Shown here: piece by piece, positions 1-10,110 of the stretch
Layout: each line of letters opens with the position of its first letter
Numbering within the stretch: position 1 is the first letter of the stretch
Source of the DNA: a virus
Taxonomy: Duplodnaviria; Caudoviricetes
Length of the DNA: 30,035 nt
Strand: one strand, 5' to 3'
IMG/VR virus record: IMGVR_UViG_3300020043_004311
Location: 1-30,035 of that record
Program-made: the position numbers and the translations under genes
The notes under the pieces: model-generated
The model's input: only the letters and a program-made list of their open reading frames with translations
What the model was told of the DNA's origin: nothing
The model's database searches: none

Positions 1-135
1 GGACCAAGAATAGTAAAAGAGCACAGAGGCTCACCTCGAAAGATTGACGCTGCTGTGGCTGCCATCATTGCCTTTGATAGGGCAACAGTTGGTAGAGTAG
101 AGGCTGAGGAACTTACTCCGCAATTCTTTATTTAG
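1..135 (+). CDS. terL: Terminase large subunit, C-terminal fragment (5' truncated)
   Basis: Frame 1 reads GPRIVKEHRGSPRKIDAAVAAIIAFDRA...QFFI*; KIDxxVAxxxA is the typical C-terminal nuclease-domain motif of HK97-like TerL; directly upstream of the portal. Confidence 0.85.
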   Translation, partial: GPRIVKEHRGSPRKIDAAVAAIIAFDRATVGRVEAEELTPQFFI

Positions 136-142
136 GTTGGTA

Positions 143-280
143 ATGACAGCGACAATCCTACAAGCTATCGGCATCCTTACTATCTCACTAGGTGCAGGTT
201 TGATCTACCCACCAGCAGGAATCGTCTTGCTCGGTGTCGGTGTCCTCGTATTCGGTTTAGCTATTGAGCGAGGTAAGTAA
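143..280 (+). CDS. Small two-helix membrane protein (45 aa)
   Basis: MTATILQAIGILTISLGAGLIYPPAGIVLLGVGVLVFGLAIERGK; hydrophobic; stop overlaps the portal ATG (TAATG); not in ORF track. Confidence 0.7.
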   Translation: MTATILQAIGILTISLGAGLIYPPAGIVLLGVGVLVFGLAIERGK

Positions 281-1617
281 TGCTACGCAATCTTTTTGAG
301 CAGAGAGCTATTAGCTTTCAGACTGTCTGGGGAGCTGGCCTTGACTTTGGCTTGCAGTCCGAGGCTGGTGTCAATGTCACAACTAAAAAATCTTTTGAGA
401 TTGTTGCTTTCTTCTCTGCTGTCAGCCTTATCTCTGACACACTCTCGACCTTGCCATGTGGGGCTTATCTGAGAATCGGTGCAACTCGCCGACCACTAAA
501 CCCTCGACCAGTTTGGTTAGACCAGCCGGACATTGACCTAAGCACAAGGGCTGCTTTCTTTCAGCAGGTCTTTAGTTCTTTGCTGGTGCATGGCAACTCT
601 TACACTCGTGTCTTTAGAGATGCACAAGGGCAGGTTGTAAACCTAGTAAACCTTGACCCAGAAAAGATGCAGGTTGAGAGATCTAAAGTAGGCCGAAAGG
701 TTTACAAGTATCAGGATGAAGGCCGACTACTAACAACCGATGATGTCATCCACATCGTTGACCTGATTATGCCAGGCGAGCTAATCGGTATGTCCAGAGT
801 TGAAACACTAAAGCAAGCACTAGGTCTAAACATTGCCCTAAGCGATTACGCTGCAAGATTCTTTGGAACTGGTGCAAGTGCCGCCGGAGTGATCGAGTTT
901 CCAGGCAACCTCACCGCAGACCAGGCCTCTCAGTTAGCAGATGGCTTTGACGCTCGACACCGTAATGGTGGCCGCCGAGCACACAAGACTGGAGTGCTAT
1001 CTGGTGGAGCTAAGTTTGTTGCAACACAGCTAGATCCAGAAGCCTCACAAGCACTAGAGTCACGCAAGTTTGCAGTAGAGGAAATAGCAAGAGCGTTCAA
1101 TGTTCCACTTCACCTGCTAGGTGTACCAGGCACAGCAAGCTACGCATCTGTTGAGCAAAACAACTTGCAGTTTGTTTCTATGACCCTACGCCCACTTGCA
1201 GAAAAGGTTGAGGCAGCGTTCTCACGCTTACTGCCAGGCGATGCCTTTATCAAGTTTCAGTTCGGTGACCTACTTAGAGCTGACCTAGAAACTAGAGTTG
1301 CTTCCTACTCAGTCGGTTCACAGGCTGGGTTCTACTCGACCAACGACATCCGCAGACTTGAGGACTTAGAGCCAGTTGAGAATGGTGACCAGTATCGAGT
1401 GCCACTAGCTAACATCGCACTAGCTGACACCAAGGTCATTACCGATGAAAAGAAAATCAAGATGGTTCAGCAGCTTGTGCTATCAGGCTTCCTACCTAGC
1501 GAGGCACTAGCCGCTGTTGGTCTGCCAGAGATCACACACACAGGACTACCAAGCACTCAACTGCAACCGATTGCACAAATTGACCCAGCCAACCCAGAGA
1601 GTGTTTACGAGGTATAA
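280..1617 (+). CDS. Portal protein, HK97 family
   Basis: 445 aa; LLVHGNSY, EEIARAFNVPLHLLG, YASVEQNNLQF, NDIRRLEDL motifs; position after terL. Confidence 0.95.
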   Translation: MLRNLFEQRAISFQTVWGAGLDFGLQSEAGVNVTTKKSFEIVAFFSAVSLISDTLSTLPCGAYLRIGATRRPLNPRPVWLDQPDIDLSTRAAFFQQVFSSLLVHGNSYTRVFRDAQGQVVNLVNLDPEKMQVERSKVGRKVYKYQDEGRLLTTDDVIHIVDLIMPGELIGMSRVETLKQALGLNIALSDYAARFFGTGASAAGVIEFPGNLTADQASQLADGFDARHRNGGRRAHKTGVLSGGAKFVATQLDPEASQALESRKFAVEEIARAFNVPLHLLGVPGTASYASVEQNNLQFVSMTLRPLAEKVEAAFSRLLPGDAFIKFQFGDLLRADLETRVASYSVGSQAGFYSTNDIRRLEDLEPVENGDQYRVPLANIALADTKVITDEKKIKMVQQLVLSGFLPSEALAAVGLPEITHTGLPSTQLQPIAQIDPANPESVYEV

Positions 1618-1619
1618 CC

Positions 1620-1975
1620 ATGCAAGCCCCAGCAACCCTAAACCTTTCAATGTTTCAAGGTGCATCCTTTGACTACAACCTTGTTTGGAATACAACAGCA
1701 GGTACAGTCACAACCCCTGTCAACCTAACTAACTGGTCTGCAAGGATGCAGATGAGAGAGAGCTACGATGCTACCGATGCAGCCCTGTCTTTGACATCAG
1801 GCACAGGCATTACTTTGGGTGGCACTGCCGGTTCAATCCTGATCGAGGCAACCGCAACTCAGACTGCTGCCATCGGTGCTGGCCCTTATGTCTATGACCT
1901 TGAGCTTGTTAGCCCTGCCTCAGTGGTGACTCGGCTAGTAGAGGGCACAATTATTGTGGACCCAGAGGTCACTAG

Positions 1976-1979
<4 letters not shown>
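1620..1979 (+). CDS. Ig-like beta-sandwich virion adaptor protein (usually paired with fibres)
   Basis: 119 aa; QGASF...PVNLT...ARMQ.R...YVYDLEL...TRLVEG...V.PEVTR pattern; overlaps the collagen gene (GTGA). Confidence 0.6.
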
Positions 1980-3399
<1,420 letters not shown>

Positions 3400-3400
<1 letters not shown>

Positions 3401-4893
3401 TGCCCTACTTCATCTCACAAAACACAGACTGCCCTGATTGGGCTGTCGTCAAAGAGGATAACTCAGTTGTATCCTGCCAAGACTCAAAAGACTCTGCCAT
3501 TGCACAGATGGTTGCACTATCCCTAGCGGAGAACCTAGAGCCAGGTGGCGAACTCAACTCAACTAGAGAACTACCAGACAACTACCGACCAGCACTTGCC
3601 GATGATGTGCCAGAAGGCCGAGCCTGTGGCAACTGTTTTTTCTTCAACGAGAACCGACTAAACCCAGAGGGTGACAAGGCTTGGTGTGAGCGTTGGGATG
3701 ACTTTGTTGATGGTGGAAACTATTGCAACGCTTGGGAGCCTGATGAGGATGATGACGATTCTATGGGCGAGGAAAGAGCAATCAACCAGGAAGCCCCTGC
3801 CTACATGAGGGCAGCAGCTCGGCGTGGACTTGAGTTTTACGAGAAAGGTCTTGCTGGTGATGGTGTCACCGCTGGAACTATCCGAGAGGCCAGAGCTATG
3901 GCTCGTGGCGAGGTAAGCGATGACAAGTGGATAAGGATTGCAGCTTGGATTGCTAGACACCTTGTAGCCCTTGACTCACCTGATGCAGACCCAAGCTCAG
4001 ACAACTACCCATCTGCCGGTGTGGTTGCACACTTACTTTGGGGATCAGGTCCAAGCAAGAGAGCTGCACAACGCACCAAAGACTACGCTGATTCGGTTGT
4101 TGCTAGAATCAGAGCAGAGGAAACTAATAGCATGAGAACTAACAAGTGGCTAGATGTAGCCAGAGCCATCCAGCTCAAGATTGACGGCCCACAGCCAGAG
4201 TCTAAAGAGCCTGAGATTAGAGTGCACACTACTGACATCGAGGTCAGGGCTGAGGGTGACGGCATGACCTTCACCGGATACGCCGCTGTGTTCAATTCCC
4301 CCTCTGAGGATCTAGGTGGGTTTATTGAGTATGTTGCACCAGGAGCCTTCAAGCGTTCCTTGCAGTCCAGGAATGAAATCAAACTTCTTTGGAACCACGA
4401 CTCAGGTGAACCACTTGCCTCAGTCCGAGGTGGCAGTATGCAGTTGGTTGAGGATGAGCGTGGCCTAAAGGTCACAGCAACCTTGCCACAGACTTCTAGA
4501 GGTCGAGATGTTGCCGAGCTTTTGAGAACTAAAGTTATAGACTCAATGAGCTTTGGTTTCAATGTCATCAAAGATAGCTGGTCAAGAGATGGACAGACAA
4601 GGACATTGGAGTCTGTCAGATTGTTTGAGGTATCAGTCGTGAGCTTCCCAGCGTACGCAGCAACAACCGCACAAGTTAGATCTGCCCCACCGACAATCAA
4701 CCCTGATGAACTTGCCGAGGCTTTACTAAAGCTAGAGTCTGGTGAGGAACTAGACCCCGAAAGTGCCGAGCTAATCACCAATGTGGTAAACAAGCTAAAG
4801 GCACAACCAGACGCAGAGCCAGTTATTGACAACGGCCTTGACCTGCTGGACCTAAAAAAGAAACAATTTGACCTACTACTGAAAAGGATCTAA
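3400..4893 (+). CDS. Prohead protease (HK97 family) with long N-terminal extension including a HiPIP-like 4-Cys module
   Basis: C-terminal half has FTGYAAVFN, LLWNHD (His), SMSFGF (Ser), LFEVSVV (Glu); N-terminal half has CxxC-x16-C-x12-C and a helical domain. Confidence 0.9.
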
Positions 4894-4895
4894 AC

Positions 4896-5072
4896 ATGGC
4901 AACCAAAGATGAAATCAAGTCAGCTATCCTAAAGACCGCCGGCAACCCATCAGCAGGAATCATCAAAGACCTAGCTGAGGACTTTGCTCAAGCAGTTTGG
5001 GAGCTAGACAACAAGAACTCAATCAACCCAGCCAAAGAGGTTAGGATTATTGACAGTAAAGAAACTCGCTAA
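4896..5072 (+). CDS. Hypothetical protein (58 aa) between protease and capsid
   Basis: MATKDEIKSAILKTAGNPSAGIIKDLAEDFAQAVWELDNKNSINPAKEVRIIDSKETR; fills the gap 2 nt after the protease stop; not in ORF track. Confidence 0.7.
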   Translation: MATKDEIKSAILKTAGNPSAGIIKDLAEDFAQAVWELDNKNSINPAKEVRIIDSKETR

Positions 5073-5083
5073 CTCGTTTCTTT

Positions 5084-5125
5084 AGCCCCAGCTCGGTCCC
5101 CCTTCCTGAGCTGGGGTTTTCTTTT
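5084..5125 (+). terminator. Rho-independent terminator
   Basis: AGCCCCAGCTCGG-tcccccttc-CTGAGCTGGGGTT followed by TTCTTTT. Confidence 0.85.
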
Positions 5126-5130
5126 GCCTA

Positions 5131-5192
5131 TAAACTTGTTGTTATCAGTTGAGTGTTAGCACCGCTGTATCTGTTGAGTGTCAGCACCGCAG
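5131..5192 (+). promoter_or_regulatory. Capsid promoter (-10 TAAACT) and tandem structured leader hairpins
   Basis: TAAACT at 5131-5136, then two copies of GTTGAGTGT(T/C)AGCACCGC with compensatory closing stems. Confidence 0.65.
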
Positions 5193-5222
5193 GAACCCAA
5201 TCAACTAACTATTAGGAGAATC

Positions 5223-6362
5223 ATGTCTGACTTTATCAAGTCACAGATGGATGCTCGCAACAACCTCATCGCACAGGCTAGAGAAGTTCTAGACTTTGCT
5301 GAGGCTGAAAAGCGTGGCCTGTCTGCAGAAGAAAACCAGAAGATTGCTCGTATCGAAGCTGACATTGACTCAGCCGACACAGCTATCTCAACCGCTCGCT
5401 CTATCGCAGATCGTGAAGCTCGTGCTTCCGAGGCTGCTGCTACATTCACCCCAACCACAGCACCAGCTAACACTGACGCTGACATCCTACGCTCAATCGC
5501 TATGGGGGAGATTCGTGGCTATGACTTCGTAAAAGAAGCTCGTACCCTTGTGCCATCTGCAAACACTGTTGGTCAGTCTTTCTATGACCAGGTATTCCAG
5601 ATTGCACAGCTAGTTGGACCAATGCTTACCACCTCAGAGATTTTTAACACAACCTCTGGTGAGAACTTGGTTATCCCAACTGTTACTGCAACCTCAACAT
5701 CAGGTTCAGTATCAGCAGCAGGAACCATCTCAGAGTCCAACCCAACCTTCTCATCCATCACCCTTGGTGCTGAGAAGTACGGAGCTCTAGTTCAGGTCGC
5801 ACAGGAACTTGTTTCTGATGCCGGCTTCAACATCACTAGCTACATTGCACAGCAGCTTGGAACCTCACTTGGCCTAAAGGTCAACGATGTTCTAACCACA
5901 AAGCTAGCCTCAGCAGCAGGTTCAGTTGTTCAGGGAACTGCTAACGCAGCCACCTATGAGAACTTGATTGACCTTGTTTATGGAATCGCTGATGGTGCTC
6001 GTGTTCTACCTGGACTTGGCTTCATGATGAGCAAGACCGGTATCGCAGCAGCTCGTAAGCTAAAGGATGGCTCAGGTGCTTACATCTGGACCGATTCTGC
6101 AGTCCCAGGACAGCCAGCTACACTACTTGGCTACGCTGTTAACGAGAACCCAAATGTCGCAGCAGTAGGATCAGCAACCAAGTCAGTTCTGTTTGGTCAC
6201 CTACCAAGCTTCAAGGTACGAGTCGCAGGTGGAATGAGAGTTGACCAGTCAACCGACTTCGCTTTCAACACCGACACTGTTACCTACCGAGGACTCATGC
6301 GAGTTGATGGTGGACTAACTCACGCAACCCACATTGGATACTTCCAGGGTTCCGCAAGCTAG
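5223..6362 (+). CDS. Major capsid protein, HK97 fold
   Basis: N-terminal coiled-coil delta domain; KYGALVQVAQELVSD, LKDGSGAYIW, TLLGY, VLFG, R.DG motifs; AGGAG RBS at 5214-5218 favours ATG 5223 over the ORF-track start 5178. Confidence 0.95.
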   Translation: MSDFIKSQMDARNNLIAQAREVLDFAEAEKRGLSAEENQKIARIEADIDSADTAISTARSIADREARASEAAATFTPTTAPANTDADILRSIAMGEIRGYDFVKEARTLVPSANTVGQSFYDQVFQIAQLVGPMLTTSEIFNTTSGENLVIPTVTATSTSGSVSAAGTISESNPTFSSITLGAEKYGALVQVAQELVSDAGFNITSYIAQQLGTSLGLKVNDVLTTKLASAAGSVVQGTANAATYENLIDLVYGIADGARVLPGLGFMMSKTGIAAARKLKDGSGAYIWTDSAVPGQPATLLGYAVNENPNVAAVGSATKSVLFGHLPSFKVRVAGGMRVDQSTDFAFNTDTVTYRGLMRVDGGLTHATHIGYFQGSAS

Positions 6363-6377
6363 TAGCTAACAAAAGCT

Positions 6378-6419
6378 GACAAGCCCCAAGCGTGTAGGTT
6401 CGCTTGGGGCTTGTCTTTT
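6378..6419 (+). terminator. Rho-independent terminator after capsid gene
   Basis: Perfect 15-bp stem GACAAGCCCCAAGCG/CGCTTGGGGCTTGTC, 8-nt loop, TTTT tail. Confidence 0.9.
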
Positions 6420-6453
6420 GCTAGGATAAGGACAACAGAGGGAGAACCTACCA

Positions 6454-7656
6454 ATGGGCAAATCAGGCAACCCAGCCAGAAGTGAAAAGCTAAAGGGTAC
6501 TGTTTCAGTATTCTCAAACTCACCAGGACAGCCAACAGGCTATGGCCAAGCTACCGATGCACTTGTCAAGCTACTAAAGCGACAAGGTGCCAATGTTGCA
6601 GCTCTAAGCAATTATGGGCATGAAGGCATCAACACGATCTACAACACTGAGTACGGCGAGATACCAATCTACGCTAGAGGCTCAGAGGCTTACAGCAACG
6701 ATGTTGCACCAGCTCATCACAAGCACTGGAAGGCTTTGAACGACAAGCAACCAGACTTGATGATTACCCTCTACGATGTTTGGGTTTTGAACTCTAAGGC
6801 TTACGACACAATCCCTATTGCAAGCTGGACACCGATAGACCACAACCCAGTCCCACCTGGTGTCTTGCAGTGGCTAAAAAAAGAAAATGTCACACCCCTA
6901 GCCATGTCTAAGTTTGGGCTTGACCAAATCAACAAAGCAGGTGTCGAGGGCTACTACATACCCCACAGCATTGACACCAAGGTATTCAAACCAACCGACA
7001 AGATACTTGACCAGTCAGTCCAAGAGTTTATGGGTTTTGAGGATGACCGCTTTGTTGTCGGTATGAACGCTGCCAACAAAGCCTCTGGAATCATCCATCG
7101 CAAAGCCTTTGGCGAGAACATGATGGCCTTTGCAATGTTGTGTCGAAAATACCCCGATGCAATCCTTTACATCCACACCGATGCAAGCTCACAGCATGGC
7201 TGGAATCTGATGGCTCTAGGGCAGATGCTAGGTATCCCAGTAGACAACATGGCCTTCCCTGACCCACTCTCCTACCGATACGGCATGACCCAAGAAATGC
7301 TTGCAGGTATCTACTCAAGCTACGATGTCTTACTTGCCCCTAGTTATGGCGAGGGTTTTGGAGTGCCGACTATTGAGGCTCAGGCTTGTGGTGTTCCTGT
7401 TATTGTCAGCAACTTTGCTGCCTCACCTGAGCTAGTCGGAGATGGTTGGGTTGTCAGTGGTCAGCCACTCTACGATCCTGCCCAGCACTCATTCTTTACA
7501 ATCCCATCGGTTCCTGAAATCTTTGCTGCCCTCGAGGAAGCCTACAAGCGTGGCAAGGGTAAGTCAGCTAAGGCCATTGAGTTTGCCCAAGCCTTTGACC
7601 ATGAAAAGGTGTGGCAAGAGAACTGGATGCCGGTGCTTAGAAACCTACTCAAGTGA
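6454..7656 (+). CDS. Glycosyltransferase, GT-B fold (GT4-like)
   Basis: PTGYG N-terminal motif, IPHSID, PSYGEGFGVPTIEAQACGVPVI (ExFG...E motif). Confidence 0.93.
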   Translation: MGKSGNPARSEKLKGTVSVFSNSPGQPTGYGQATDALVKLLKRQGANVAALSNYGHEGINTIYNTEYGEIPIYARGSEAYSNDVAPAHHKHWKALNDKQPDLMITLYDVWVLNSKAYDTIPIASWTPIDHNPVPPGVLQWLKKENVTPLAMSKFGLDQINKAGVEGYYIPHSIDTKVFKPTDKILDQSVQEFMGFEDDRFVVGMNAANKASGIIHRKAFGENMMAFAMLCRKYPDAILYIHTDASSQHGWNLMALGQMLGIPVDNMAFPDPLSYRYGMTQEMLAGIYSSYDVLLAPSYGEGFGVPTIEAQACGVPVIVSNFAASPELVGDGWVVSGQPLYDPAQHSFFTIPSVPEIFAALEEAYKRGKGKSAKAIEFAQAFDHEKVWQENWMPVLRNLLK

Positions 7657-8396
7657 TTGCCTGGATAAGCCATCACCTGCCTGAGTATTGGGATGGCAAG
7701 CTAGTCGGTGGGGCTGAGATGACCGATGCAACCTTGTTGGCTGATGCCCCTGTTGAGGTCAAGACATTCCTGCCACAAGACTGGAAACAGGCAATGGACT
7801 TTGACCAGATAGTCATTACCGGCACAGACCTACTTAGCCCTTATGCAATGTTGCAACTAGCAAAGAAGAACCCTGTTGTTGCAGTCCATCACCAGCAGAC
7901 CCAAAACGAGCACCGAGCCACACTCATCAACTCAGCCAAAACCTTTATCTGCCATACACCTAAGCACCTAGAGCTAGAGCTATCCTGGACCAACCCCAAG
8001 TCAAGCACTTGGATCATTAGCCCTCACGACCCTAGCTTGTTTACTCAAAAGCCAAAAGAGAACTTTGCTCTGTGGGCTGCAAGGATGCACCACCAAAAGG
8101 GGCCAGAGGAAGCTAAGGCATGGGCTAACCAGCAGGGCATACCCCTAGTGATGATGCATGACAAGACTAGGGCAGAGGTCCTAGAGGCAATGAGCCGAGC
8201 CAGCCACTTTGTCTTTCTACCTAACGGCTTTGATGCCGAGCCTCGCACAATTATCGAAGCAGTCCTGTCGGGCTGTGAGGTACACACTAACGACCTTGCT
8301 GGTGTCAGTTCGATACCAAACTGGCGTGACCCTCAAGTGCTGACCGAGCTAATCACCAATTCTAAGGATCTATTTTGGCAAACAGTCCTACGGTAG
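7653..8396 (+). CDS. Compact GT-B glycosyltransferase
   Basis: GGAE N-terminal motif, R...KG, FVFLP..FDAEPRTIIEAVLSGC (E-x7-E type motif, variant). Confidence 0.8.
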   Translation: MIAWISHHLPEYWDGKLVGGAEMTDATLLADAPVEVKTFLPQDWKQAMDFDQIVITGTDLLSPYAMLQLAKKNPVVAVHHQQTQNEHRATLINSAKTFICHTPKHLELELSWTNPKSSTWIISPHDPSLFTQKPKENFALWAARMHHQKGPEEAKAWANQQGIPLVMMHDKTRAEVLEAMSRASHFVFLPNGFDAEPRTIIEAVLSGCEVHTNDLAGVSSIPNWRDPQVLTELITNSKDLFWQTVLR

Positions 8397-9061
8397 GAAT
8401 CTGCTCAAGTCTGTTTGGCACTGGCTACTCAGGCTTTTACCCTCGATGGTGGGCAGGGGTCAAGTCACTCAATAAGCAACCAGCCGAGATAGTTATTGTC
8501 CATGACCCTGACAACAGGGCCGAGGTGCTGGACTCTATCCCACAAGATTACAAGTCAATAACAAAGACAATAGAAATGACCGGCACTTACTCAGACTTTA
8601 GGCTGGCAATGCAAAGGGCACTAAAGACCGACTGGCTATCAGTAGGCGATGTAGATGACCAGTATCTATCAGGTGCTTTTGACGAACTAGATCAGGCTGA
8701 TGCTGAGGGCTGTGACATCTACATTGACAAGGTGCAATTCAAACATAACGGCTCAATCTTTGAAGGCACTTGGCAACCCGACCAGATACCTTACAGAATG
8801 ACTTGCCCTGGCAACGCCCCTATCAAGCGAGAGCTGTATGAAAAAACAGGTGGCTCAACATCAGGTAGCTTCTACGATGACTGGGAGCTTTACATCAGAT
8901 GTGTTGCTGCTGGTGCCAAGCCTTTCCACGCCTCGACTGTTAGGCTGATTCACGACCTCGGCCATGACAGAGTGACACTCAGCGGTGTCAACAGGCCAAG
9001 TATCAACGACAGCATCGGGCAAGATGCAATTGCCAAAGTTCGACTAGAGCTTGGCTTTTAG
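8375..9061 (+). CDS. GT-A fold glycosyltransferase (GT2-like)
   Basis: EIVIVHD, DVDD (DxD motif), GG...YDDWELYIR; TTG start with AAGGA RBS. Confidence 0.8.
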   Translation: MANSPTVGICSSLFGTGYSGFYPRWWAGVKSLNKQPAEIVIVHDPDNRAEVLDSIPQDYKSITKTIEMTGTYSDFRLAMQRALKTDWLSVGDVDDQYLSGAFDELDQADAEGCDIYIDKVQFKHNGSIFEGTWQPDQIPYRMTCPGNAPIKRELYEKTGGSTSGSFYDDWELYIRCVAAGAKPFHASTVRLIHDLGHDRVTLSGVNRPSINDSIGQDAIAKVRLELGF

Positions 9062-9071
9062 AGAGGAAGCA

Positions 9072-10103
9072 ATGAAGGTAGGAATCACAGGCGGTCAGGG
9101 CTTTATTGGGTCATGGGTTGCAGAGGAACTTGTGAGGCGAGGCCACTCAGTCCTAATCCTCGATCACCGAGTACGGACCCACGCCGACAATGTAATGCTT
9201 GGAGATGTTAGGGATGAAACAGCAGTCATGGAGTTTGCAGCTCATGTTGACGGCATCATCCACTTAGCAGCAGTCTTGGGCACAGTAGAAACTATTGACC
9301 GACCCTTGCCAGCAGCACAAACAAACATCATTGGAACCCTCAATGTATTTGAGGCTGCTTCACGCTATGACCTACCAGTTGTCTTTGCTGCTGTAGGTAA
9401 TGCCAACATTGCCAGAGGAACCTACTGCATAACTAAGTCAGCATCAGAACGCTTTGTTGAGATGTACCGAGAGGACCGAGGCCTTAGAGTCACAAGCGTT
9501 AGACCTATGAACGCCTATGGCCCAAGGCAGTCTGCCCCTGAGCCTTATGGATCTGCCAAGGTCAGGAAGATTGTGCCTAGCTTTGTTTGCTCTGCCCTAG
9601 CTGGTGACCCACTTAGGGTCTACGGAGATGGCACTCAGGTCAGCGATTCAGTCTGGGTAGGCGATGTGGCCAGAGTCTTTGTGAGTGCCCTAGAGAAGGC
9701 AGCCGAGGGCATAGTCCCAACACACCCAATAGATGTGGGCAATGAGCACCCGACCACAGTGCTTGATGTTGCCAATGAGGTAATCAAGAATGTGCCAGGT
9801 GCAACACTTGACACTGTACCCATGAGAGCCGGTGAACCCTTTGGCGGTCCGATGAGCACTCAGGCAGACTTGCTCAAGGTTGTCGAGGCAGTCAAGTCAG
9901 CCAACCCAAACCTTAGACCTGTGGATGTTAGGCGTGTTGTCCGAGAGCTGGGCACAGTAGTAAGTGCAGACATCACAACCCTTCAGGTTATAGGAATTGA
10001 CCCTGCCAGCTTCAAGCCACTATCCGAAGGTATTGCCGAAACTGTTGCCTGGTTCAAAGCTAACAAGGGCACAACTTGGGATACTTTTCAGCAAGTAGAA
10101 TAG
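9072..10103 (+). CDS. NAD-dependent NDP-sugar epimerase/dehydratase (extended SDR)
   Basis: GGQGFIG Rossmann motif, IIHLAA, NIIGTLNV, YCITK (YxxxK), NAYGP, VYGDGTQ; RBS GAGAGGA favours ATG 9072. Confidence 0.93.
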   Translation: MKVGITGGQGFIGSWVAEELVRRGHSVLILDHRVRTHADNVMLGDVRDETAVMEFAAHVDGIIHLAAVLGTVETIDRPLPAAQTNIIGTLNVFEAASRYDLPVVFAAVGNANIARGTYCITKSASERFVEMYREDRGLRVTSVRPMNAYGPRQSAPEPYGSAKVRKIVPSFVCSALAGDPLRVYGDGTQVSDSVWVGDVARVFVSALEKAAEGIVPTHPIDVGNEHPTTVLDVANEVIKNVPGATLDTVPMRAGEPFGGPMSTQADLLKVVEAVKSANPNLRPVDVRRVVRELGTVVSADITTLQVIGIDPASFKPLSEGIAETVAWFKANKGTTWDTFQQVE

Positions 10104-10110
10104 GACCACT

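Noticed and set aside
4083-4832. 249-aa minus-strand ORF and other antisense ORFs across structural genes
   Set aside because: Ser-rich mirror frames of well-supported plus-strand genes, with no motifs or RBS
5146-5192. Direct repeats as a mini-CRISPR
   Set aside because: Only two 18-bp copies 7 bp apart, no spacers and no cas genes
5178-5222. ORF-track N-terminal extension of the capsid protein
   Set aside because: The GTG lies inside the leader hairpin; the AGGAG RBS points to ATG 5223
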